64,000 bases of DNA from Candidatus Latescibacterota bacterium (lineage in GTDB: Bacteria; Latescibacterota; UBA2968; UBA8231), in contig CBDCNM010000002.1 of assembly GCA_965219385.1 (NCBI GenBank), forward strand, positions 1,358,936-1,422,935. Direction: 5' to 3'. The position numbers were made by a program, and so were the translations under genes. Below are positions 49,852 to 58,900 of this stretch, one piece after another (position 1 is the stretch's first letter; each line of letters starts with the position of its first letter). Below the pieces are notes generated by a model. It ran no database searches and was not told the DNA's origin. It saw only the letters and a program-made list of their open reading frames with translations.

Positions 49852-49972
49852 GATAACTTATTTGCAATTAAAATAAGAGGCAGCGTACCCCCGCGCAAGG
49901 CGGTCGCATGGTCACGATCAGACAGATGAAAACGGAACGCAGCCATTCGCTGCAACCCTGGGTTAAGTCGTC

Positions 49973-50185
49973 TCAAGTGTCCGCAACAAGCTGCTGAGCC
50001 TGTTGGTCGAGCCCCTTAATGGCGCTCTGAATTGCGTCGACTTCGCGCTCCTCGAAGTACGCCTCACCGCACTGGTCGCAGACCCAGGCTGGGACTGTGT
50101 CGAACATCAAGTGATAGCCGTTGCGGTCAACATGGAAGGGCGCCTTCGAGCGCTTCATCTGCCCATGACAGTGGATGCAGTTCAT
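49973..50185 (-). CDS. YgiT-type zinc finger protein
   Basis: MNCIHC...VPAWVCDQCGEAYF. Confidence 0.9.
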   Translation of the reverse strand: MNCIHCHGQMKRSKAPFHVDRNGYHLMFDTVPAWVCDQCGEAYFEEREVDAIQSAIKGLDQQAQQLVADT

Positions 50186-50400
50186 TGTGATCTCCTTGTC
50201 CGCAAGTCTTGCTCCCACTCGTCCTCTGTGGGAAGGTACGCTGTGATTACTGCGAGCAAATCCTTCTTTGGCGCACAGACTACGTGGATATCTCGCTGGT
50301 CAACTCCTTCCCATCCCATATAGCTGACTGTCCGCACTTCGTGCCCGGGCAAATAGTGTCTCAATGTCCATGGAACCGACTCATCGAGCAGCACTCTCAT
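50182..50400 (-). pseudogene. Chimera of DUF5615 PIN-like N-terminus and DUF4258 C-terminus
   Basis: MRVLLDESVP..LR..LPGHEVRTV..MGW.G is fused in frame to RDIHVVCAPK...VITAYLP...EW...RTRR. Confidence 0.75.
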
Positions 50401-50641
50401 AAGCGTAACCTTCCAGAGCCTCTTTTGCCATTTCAAGGGCCCTCACCGCCTGCTCGCGGCTTACCGACGGAAAGTCGTCCAGGAAAACGTCCAGGCTGTA
50501 CCCAGATGCCAGGTAATCAAAGAGGTTCTTTACAACTACGCGGGTTCCCTTGAAAACAGGCATGCCGCTCATAGTGTCCTTGCGGCTGTGAATAACGCTG
50601 TCCTTGATTGTGGTGGACAGGCTTTTGCTTGTTTGCGTCAT
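50381..50641 (-). CDS. DUF433 family antitoxin
   Basis: MSGMPVFKGTRV.V..LFDYL..G.SLD.FLDDFPSVSREQA. Confidence 0.92.
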   Translation of the reverse strand: MTQTSKSLSTTIKDSVIHSRKDTMSGMPVFKGTRVVVKNLFDYLASGYSLDVFLDDFPSVSREQAVRALEMAKEALEGYAYESAAR

Positions 50642-50719
50642 GGTGCGAGCTCCTGAGTGTAGAGTTCGGATGTTTTTAACATCGTGTCGTTTTTGGATAG
50701 AGAGTAAGCCCAGGCAAAA

Positions 50720-50779
50720 TTTACAACTACGCGGGTTCCCTTGAAAACAGGCATACCGCTCATAGTGTCCTTGCGGCTG
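50720..50779. repeat. Partial second copy of the DUF433 gene
   Basis: tttacaactacgcgggttcccttgaaaacaggcat.ccgctcatagtgtccttgcggctg also occurs at about 50529-50588. Confidence 0.9.
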
Positions 50780-51018
50780 CGAATTTTAGATAATCGAACA
50801 TAATTTGTCAATGTCGACAGGTCTTGAAACACGGTCGTAAATCGCAGAAAACGCGTTTCTCTCAATTGTCCGTGTACCAGCTGGACCAACCCCCTGGCCT
50901 TGGCGCCCTCGTTACCCACACCCCCGGAATCGACCAGGTGGCCGAAGTGCCCGCACGGACTTCGCGTTGGTTGACATGGTCTTGCGGGGCGGGTACCTTC
51001 ACGAATGAGGAGAGCAGC

Positions 51019-52419
51019 GTGAATGAGGATCTGAACTATGCCAGCTGGCCCCTGGACGTGGGCCGCTACATCGACGTCGGCGACCACAAACAGGTGTTCC
51101 TCGACGACGGCTTTCTGCTGGAGCGCGCCGAGGGGGTGCGCTACGCGATGCAACAGCCGGTCAAGCACTCGCGCAACCCGCTCCTGATTCCGGAGACAGG
51201 GGAGTTGCAGGTACAGCTGTACGGGTCGGTCCTGTGGGACGAGGAAGAGCACCTCTTCAAGATGTGGTACACCCAGCGGGTGCACAAATACGACAAGGAC
51301 AGCGCGGTGACGGTCGGATACGCCCTGTCCGACGATGGGCTGTCCTGGTCCAGACCAAAGCTGGGCCTGGTGCGCGACGCACCGGACAACGCGGTGCTCG
51401 ATCCCGGTCCGGGCGGCAGCGGCGGCGTCTGTGTGCTGCACACGCCCTGGGACCAAAAGCCCGAGCAGCGCTACAAAATGCTGTACAAGACCATCGAGAA
51501 GGGGGGTGGGCTGCAGGTGGCGTTTTCGCCGGACGGGGTCCGCTGGACGCCGCACGCGCAGACCGTGTTGCCGGGTGTATTCGACACCTTCAATGTCGCC
51601 CTATGGGACGGGCGGACGGGCCAGTACGTGGCCTATGTCCGCATCAACCAGAGGCCGAGAAAGCGCTACCGCCACCTGGGCCGCATCGAATCGCCGGATT
51701 TCATCCACTGGACCGTCCCGGCCATGGTGCTGGGACCGGATGCACAGGATCCAGAGGATGCGGACCTCTACACCTCGGCCGCCTTCCGCTACGAGGAGGC
51801 TGACGCGGCCTACTTCATGATGCCCAGTCTGTTCGACTGGCGCACGGGCCAGTTGTCGATTCAACTGGCCACCAGCCGGGACGGCGCGCACTGGCGCCGG
51901 GCCGGAAACAGGGCGCCCTTCATTCCCCTGGGACTGCCCGACAGCTTCGAAGCCAATCAGGTCGCGGCCGGCGCCCCGCCAGTGGTCAAAGGGGAAAAGA
52001 TCCATATCTACTACCACGGCACCGACCAGCGCCACTGGGGCGGGACGGGGCCGGACCGGCCCATCGCCTCCGGGATCGGCGTGGCCACGCTGCGGCTGGA
52101 CGGCTTCATCGCCCTGGTGGCGGGCGAACGCCCCGCCGGCGGCACGGTGACGACGGTGCCCATTCGCTTCAGCGGGTCCCGGCTCGAGGTCAACGCGGAG
52201 GCCGGCTGGGGGGAGATCCGGGTGGAGGTGCTGGATGAGGCCGGCGATGTGATCCCCGGCTTCGGCCGGGATGGGTGCGCGCCGGTGACCGGCGATTCGG
52301 TGCGCCACGCAGTCGCCTGGGAACAGGGGGATCCGCGGTCGCTGGCGGGACAGACGGTAAAACTGCGTTTCCACCTCCGCTGTGCCAGTCTGTACGCCTT
52401 CCAGTTTCGCGGCCCCTAG
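51019..52419 (+). CDS. Five-bladed beta-propeller glycoside-hydrolase-like protein (paralogue of 34473..36053)
   Basis: QVFLDD, ALSDDGLSWSRPKL, SPDGVRW, SRDGAHW, GVATLRLDGF, LYAFQF; GTG start after RBS gaggag. Confidence 0.75.
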   Translation: MNEDLNYASWPLDVGRYIDVGDHKQVFLDDGFLLERAEGVRYAMQQPVKHSRNPLLIPETGELQVQLYGSVLWDEEEHLFKMWYTQRVHKYDKDSAVTVGYALSDDGLSWSRPKLGLVRDAPDNAVLDPGPGGSGGVCVLHTPWDQKPEQRYKMLYKTIEKGGGLQVAFSPDGVRWTPHAQTVLPGVFDTFNVALWDGRTGQYVAYVRINQRPRKRYRHLGRIESPDFIHWTVPAMVLGPDAQDPEDADLYTSAAFRYEEADAAYFMMPSLFDWRTGQLSIQLATSRDGAHWRRAGNRAPFIPLGLPDSFEANQVAAGAPPVVKGEKIHIYYHGTDQRHWGGTGPDRPIASGIGVATLRLDGFIALVAGERPAGGTVTTVPIRFSGSRLEVNAEAGWGEIRVEVLDEAGDVIPGFGRDGCAPVTGDSVRHAVAWEQGDPRSLAGQTVKLRFHLRCASLYAFQFRGP

Positions 52420-52461
52420 GAGGCGGACCGTTCGGAGTCAAAACGAAAACCCGTGGCGACG

Positions 52462-53350
52462 TCACCTCTGGTAGAGATGTGCATAACTTTGCCCGGGCGC
52501 AAAGCGGGGGGGAATCGGCTGGATAATGCTCCGCTGCTCATCATCCAGACTCTCCAGCAGCTCCTGGCTGGGCACATAGTGGAAGCGACTGCGCAGGTAC
52601 CTGGGCGAGTAGCGGTATAGAACAATGCGCCGATGGCCTTCATTGGTTCTGGCGGCCGACCCGTGCGTAATCGCATCGGTCAGCAGAGTACATCGCCGGC
52701 CTCCAGGTACAGCTCCCTCATGCCGAACTGGTTGCCGGCGGCATCATCCTGGCGGTAGGTACTCTCGGTCAGCATGGGGTGTCGCATAGCCGATTTGTGA
52801 CTTCCGGGCACAACCGTAGTAGCGCCATCACCGGGACCGACCTCCTGCACGGCGACGATAACGTTTATCTGGCCGACCATCCACTCCCCGGTATTCTCCT
52901 GGCGGAAGGTCAGGTAACTGATGGGACACGCCCCGCCGCAGTGGATCCCGATATAACCACCCCGCCCTCTGACATTGAGAAGGTTTTCGTGAATCGAGAT
53001 CCCATTGGTCGGATTGATCCAGCGGCGGCAGTGATTGATCCATGCCGGGTAGTTGATCAATCGGCGGAACACGGGACCACCCTCGATGATGTTCTGGAAG
53101 TTACAGCCATCGGGACCGCTGTAGGTATGTGTTTCAACACAGCCGATCCAGGCACCGGCGCCGTTGGGGCCGATATAGCCGACCAGTTCGCCGGCTTCCA
53201 GCGAGAAGAAGATACCGTCCAAAGCCCGAATGGTGCGGTACGAGCGCTGCACTATGCCCCGGAAGGCACCCAAAGGCCGGGGCGGCGCTCGGCAATGCGG
53301 TAGGTTTTGACCAGGCTTTCAACGGCGATTTGGGGCATGGGCCGGCTCAT
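52462..53350 (-). pseudogene. Chimeric pseudogene: ABC ATPase 5' part fused to a frameshifted PhyH-family 3' part
   Basis: MPQIAVESLVKTYR (frameshift) ...ALDG...GELVGYIGPNGAG joined to AWIGCVETH...GATTVVPGSHK...GDVL (frameshift) TDAITHGSAARTNEG.RR...*. Confidence 0.8.
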
Positions 53351-53560
53351 TGATTTGGTTTTCTTTAGCGAACCAAGAAATATAATAGTTTGCTAAGAGT
53401 GAATTCTAAGCGCCTTTCAGGCTGGGGTGGGTCGCGGCTACTTTTTGGGCTGGACGTCTTGGGAGCGGGCCGTGGGCTTGTATCCATGCGGAGAGCGGTC
53501 TACATTAGGGTGGTATTTTTCGGAGTTGGCCAAAATTGACGATACAGGGATTTTCGCTTA

Positions 53561-53809
53561 ATGCCGGTAATACTCCGTATCAAAGGGTATAGATTTTGGT
53601 TTTACGGAGCTGATTTGGATGAACCACCTCATGTCCATGCCGGAAAAGAAGGCAAGGAAGCCAAATACTGGATTACCCCGATTGCCCTTGCCCGAGCAGG
53701 GAGATTTTGGCAGCATGAACTCAAAGAGATTGAGCGAATCCTGGTCATATACCAGGAAGATGTTTTAAGCGTATGGAGAGAGGAGTACCAGAAACGTGGA
53801 GACCGTTAA
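53561..53809 (+). CDS. DUF4160 family protein
   Basis: GYRFWFY..D..EPPHVH.....EAKYW. Confidence 0.9.
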   Translation: MPVILRIKGYRFWFYGADLDEPPHVHAGKEGKEAKYWITPIALARAGRFWQHELKEIERILVIYQEDVLSVWREEYQKRGDR

Positions 53810-54128
53810 AGTCAAAGTGAGGTCGTGCGGGGATGAGTATAGCCCTGTTGTGCCGGTTGCTATTCCGACCTTGAGTGAGGTCCGCGAGCTTGCTGCCAAA
53901 CTACACAGCCGAGGCCAAGCGTGGAAGGGTGAGCTGTTTGGTTGGTCTGCAGAATACAATCCAGAACGTTCTGAACCGCCGTTGGACTCAAAGATGCGTT
54001 TCACGCCGGCGGATTTTTGTGTGGGTGAGAGTGGGATTTGGTTTTACTCTCTGATGTGGGAGCGCGGAAAAGAGGCAGAGCCCGTGGAATTTCTCGACGA
54101 CAGAAATGTTGTGGGAAAGATCGGATGA
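53796..54128 (+). CDS. Hypothetical protein overlapping DUF4160 (putative TA partner)
   Basis: 110-aa ORF overlapping the upstream stop, RBS gaggag; lacks DUF2442 motifs. Confidence 0.6.
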   Translation: METVKVKVRSCGDEYSPVVPVAIPTLSEVRELAAKLHSRGQAWKGELFGWSAEYNPERSEPPLDSKMRFTPADFCVGESGIWFYSLMWERGKEAEPVEFLDDRNVVGKIG

Positions 54129-54157
54129 GCAGAATATAGAGCCTAAAGGAGAAGCAG

Positions 54158-55621
54158 ATGCGCGTAGCAACCGGAGGCATTTCCCACGAGAGCAGTACCT
54201 TCACGAACGTAGCCACCACGTTGGACAGCTTCCGGGAGCGCAGCTATCTCCACGGGGCGGAAATTGTCGAGCGCTTTGCCGGGGCCAATACGCCCACCGG
54301 CGGTTTTATCGAAGGGGCCCGGGCGCACGGCTTTGAACTGGTGCCCACGGTCTTTGCCGAGGCCCATCCCAGCGCCCCGACGCCCCGACCCATTTTCGCT
54401 GGGCTAGTGGGCGAACTAGTCGACGGCATTGAAGCGGCCGGCCCCATTGACGGCGTATTGCTGGAATTGCACGGCGCCATGGCCGCCGAGGGCATTGACG
54501 ACGCCGAAGGGCACATCCTGGCCGCGGTGCGCCGTTTGGTAGGCCCGGATACGCCCATCGTCGGACAATTGGATATCCACTCCAATGTCTCCCGGGCCAT
54601 GATCGAGGCCGCGGACGTATTGATCGGGCGGGAGACCTATCCAGAGATAGATATGGCGCCGAGAGGCCGCGAGTGCGCCGATGTGCTGGTGCGCGTGGTG
54701 CGGCAGGGCCTGCGCCCGACCATGGCCCTGCACCAGCTGCCCCTAGTCTGGGGCATGAACCAGGTTACGGCCCATCCGCCCATGCGTCAGGCCATCGAAT
54801 ACCTGCACCAGATCGAGGGGCGGCCCGGCGTGGTCTGCGGCTCCATAGCCACCTGTTTCCCCCTGGCCGATATCCCCGATATGGGGGCCTCGGTGTACGT
54901 GGCGACCGACGATGACCCCGCCCTGGCCCAATCCTGCGCCGACGAGTTGGCCGCCTGGATCTGGGAGCGCCGGGCCGATTGGCAGGTGGCCACGCCGTCT
55001 ACCGAAGAAGCTCTGCAAAAGGCCGAAGGGACGAGGCTTTACCCCGTGGTCCTGGCCGACCGCAACGACAATACCGGCGGCGGATCGCCCGGCGACAGCA
55101 CGGGGCAATTGCGGGCTTTTTTGGCGGCCGATCTACAAGACGCCTGCGTACTGTACATCGTCGATCCCGAAGCGGTGGCGGCCTGCCAACGGGCGGGTGT
55201 CGGTGCTGTGCTCGATTTAGAGGTAGGCGGCAAGTCGTCCCCTTTACAGGGCAAGCCTTGCTCCATGCGGGCCGAGGTGGTGGCCTTGGCCGACGGTCCC
55301 TTTCGTTATGACGGGCCTATGTACGCCGGCCTGGAGGGCGATATGGGGCCCTCGGCCCACATCCGCCAGGGCGGGATACACGTGCTGTTAGTGCACAAGC
55401 GCGAGCAACCTTTTTGCACGGCGTTTGCCCGCACCTTGGATTTGGACCCGAGGCAGATGCGCTATATCGGCGTCAAGTCCGCGGCCCACTTCCGCGCTGG
55501 TTTTGAGCCGTGGGCTGGCCATATCCAGGTGGTGTCCGAACCGTCGGTACACGCCCCGGCCCAGGGCAAACTGGCCTTTGCGCGGCTGGGCCGCAAACTC
55601 TATCCCTTTGACGATATTTAG
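54158..55621 (+). CDS. MlrC family (M81) metallopeptidase
   Basis: HESSTF, LHGAM, DAEG, LDIHSN, TYPEID, DNTGGG.PGD, VKSAAHFRA. Confidence 0.93.
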   Translation: MRVATGGISHESSTFTNVATTLDSFRERSYLHGAEIVERFAGANTPTGGFIEGARAHGFELVPTVFAEAHPSAPTPRPIFAGLVGELVDGIEAAGPIDGVLLELHGAMAAEGIDDAEGHILAAVRRLVGPDTPIVGQLDIHSNVSRAMIEAADVLIGRETYPEIDMAPRGRECADVLVRVVRQGLRPTMALHQLPLVWGMNQVTAHPPMRQAIEYLHQIEGRPGVVCGSIATCFPLADIPDMGASVYVATDDDPALAQSCADELAAWIWERRADWQVATPSTEEALQKAEGTRLYPVVLADRNDNTGGGSPGDSTGQLRAFLAADLQDACVLYIVDPEAVAACQRAGVGAVLDLEVGGKSSPLQGKPCSMRAEVVALADGPFRYDGPMYAGLEGDMGPSAHIRQGGIHVLLVHKREQPFCTAFARTLDLDPRQMRYIGVKSAAHFRAGFEPWAGHIQVVSEPSVHAPAQGKLAFARLGRKLYPFDDI

Positions 55622-55959
55622 CGAGATGTCTCCGCCTGCCTGCGGGCCAAGGCGAACTTGGGCGTCATCAGTTCCGACATTAAAGACCATTGGGAAAGCG
55701 TCTGTAGTTCCTCACGGATCACTTTGCGCAAGACTTCCTCCAGGACAGCCCAGATAATACCCAGATAATAGAGTAGTAGATCAAAAGATTTAGTAAAAAG
55801 GACCGCTCTTTCTTATATATTAGTAACCATTCACAGAGTTTCTGATTGACATCTGCCCTTAATATTCGATTGTTCAAAGCATGTCGACTTCTGCTTCCGA
55901 TCCCAACTGTCCTGGTTGCGCCGCCCTGCGCACTGAAATGGCTGTATTGCAGCAACATC

Positions 55960-58900
55960 ATGTTTCCGAATACGTCTCTTGAATCGTTTACCACCAGCAG
56001 CCCGTTGAGGAGCGAGAAGTCGGCCTCTGCATCTGGACGATTCACTGGCGCCAATTTCCGCTTTCGGCGCCCTGCGGTCTTCGCCATCGTACTCTCGGTG
56101 ATTCTGTCCTGCATCGTGGCGCCCGTGGTGTACGCCCAGAACCCAACCCCGGGTTGGGAAGACGGGACGGTGGAGGTGATGCCGACTTCGTTGAATCTGC
56201 AACCGGGAAAGTCCGTCTCCTACAGCTTGAGACTGACCAGGCAACCGACCGCGGACGGATGGTGGGTCAGGGTGTTTGTCGACGGCGCGGTGCGCGCGGA
56301 TGGGGAATATGACATCGACGGCGATAACAATGTAGACATCACTTGGGTGCCGTCGGTCGGCTGGGAGTTCGATCAGGACAACTGGGACCAGTGGCGAACG
56401 ATCAGGATAACGGCCACGGATAACGCTGTATTGAATAGGCCGATGCTGTTCAACCACGACGTGTGGGATCACACCGGCAATTGCCCGGTACACCAGGTTG
56501 GGGTCGTAACGGTAGCTGCCGGCGGGGACAACGGCGACAACGGCGATCCGCCGGTATCCGTGTCCTTCGACCGGTCGAGCTACGAGGCGGCCGAGGGCGG
56601 CGATCCTGCCGCGGTGATGGTGGAGTTGAGCGGGGACCCGCAGCAGACGGTGGTGATCCCCATCACCGCTTCGGGGCAGGACGGCGCGTCGTCGTCGGAC
56701 TATTCGGCTATCCCATCGAACGTGATCTTCCTCTCGAGTGAGACCCGCAAGAGCTTCATAGTAACCGCTGCGGACGATGAGATCGACGACGACGGGGAGA
56801 GCGTGGCCCTGAGCCTGGGGACGCTGCCGGGGGGGTTCTCCGAGGGTAGCCACGCCACCGCCACGGTGCGTCTGCAGGACGACGACGAGCGCGGCGTGGA
56901 GGTGTCCCCCACGACTCTCAGGATCGACGAGACCGAGACGGAGGAATACGAGGTTGTGCTGACCTCGGAGCCCACGGCCACCGTGACGGTGACCGTCGGG
57001 GGCGTTTCGGGAGATGTGTCCCTGAACACCCAGACCCTGACCTTCACGACGAACAACTGGGATCAAGCGCAGCCGGTGAGGGTCACGGCGAGGGACGACG
57101 TGGACGCCACGACGGACCCCCCGGTGGTGCTGACCCACACCGTCGCCGGCGGGGACTACGCCGGCCTGTCGGCGGACAACGTGACCGTGATCATCATCGA
57201 GGACGACGCCTCGACGCTGTCGCTGGAGAATGTGCGGGCGTCCGAGGACGTGGGCGACATGGTGTTCACCGTGACCCTGAGCAAGGCGAGCACCAGCGGG
57301 GTGACGGTGAACTACTCGACCTCGAATGGCACGGCGGCGGGATCGGACTACACCTCGCAGAGCGGGACCTTGACCTTCCCGGCCAACAGCATCGCCTCGC
57401 AGACGATCCTTGTACCCATCATCGACGACGAACTGGACGAGGCCGAGGAAGAGAGCTTCACCGTGACCCTGCGCAACCCGCAGAACGCGATTCTGGCCGG
57501 TGGCGGGACGAGGCTGTCGGCGACGGGGACGATCGTGGACGACGACGACCCGGCGGTATCCGTCTCCCTTGACCGGTCGAGTTACGAGGCGGCCGAGGGC
57601 GGCGCTCCTGCCACGGTGATGATGCAGCTGAGCGGGGATCCGGAGCGGATGGTGGTGATCCCCATCACCGCTTCGGAGCAGGACGGCGCGTCGCCGTCGG
57701 ACTACTCGGTTCCTTCGAACGTGACCTTCCGGCCGGACGAGACCCGCAAGAGCTTCACGGTGACCGCCACGGACGATGCAGTTGACGACGACGACGAGAG
57801 CCTGAGGCTGGAACTGGAATCCGCGAGGATGCCCTCGGGGGTCACTCCCGGCAGCCGGGTGGAGGCCACCGTGAGTCTCCATGACAACGACGATCCGTTT
57901 GTATCGGTGTCCTTTGACCAGTCGAACTACGAGGCCGCCGAGGGGGGCAATGTGGCGACGGTGGTGGTGGAGCTGAGCGCGAATCCCGAGCGCACCGTGA
58001 CGATCCCGATAACCACTGTAGAGCTCGGTGACGCCTCCGCCTCGGACTATTCGGGGATTCCGCCGAGCGTGACCTTCCGCTCGGGCGAGACCCGCAAGAG
58101 CTTTACGGTGACGGCGGCGGACGATGCGGTGGACGACGATGGTGAAAGGGTCCTGATGAGCTTCGAGAGGCTGCCGGAGAGGGTGTCTTCGGGCAGCCCC
58201 TCGACAGGGATCGTGACCATTGCAGACGACGACGCGCGCGGCGTGGAGGTGTCGGCGACAACCCTGAGGATCAATGAGGGCGCCACCGGCGACTACACGG
58301 TGGTGTTGACCTCGCAGCCGACGGGTGATGTGACGGTGATGGTTTCGGGTGCGTCGGGGGACGTGTCGGTGGACGAGACGCCGCTGACGTTCACGACGAC
58401 CAACTGGCATCGAGGGCAGACGGTGAGGGTGAGGACGGCGGAGGACACCGACACCGATGCCGATGACGAGGTGGTGCTGCGTCACACCGTCAGCGGCGGC
58501 GACTATGGCAACGAATCGGCTTCCGACGTGACGGTGATCATCATCGAGGACGACGCCTCGACGCTGTCCGTGAATGACGTGCGGGCGTCGGAGAACGTCG
58601 GGGAGATGGTGTTCGCCGTGACCCTGAGCAAGGCGAGCGGCGAGGTGGTGACGGTGGATTATGCCACCTCGGCGAGTACGGCCTCGGAGGGTTCGGACTA
58701 CACGGCGCAGAATGGGACGCTGGAGTTTCCGGCCAACAGCCGGCGGCAAACGATCCGCGTGCCGATTGCCGGCGATGCGGTAGATGAGGAGAACGAGACC
58801 TTCACGGTGATCCTCAGCAATCCTCAGAACGCCGCGCTGGCGGGAGGTGGGATGACCCTGGCCGCGACGGGGACGATCGTGGATGACGATATGCGCGGAG

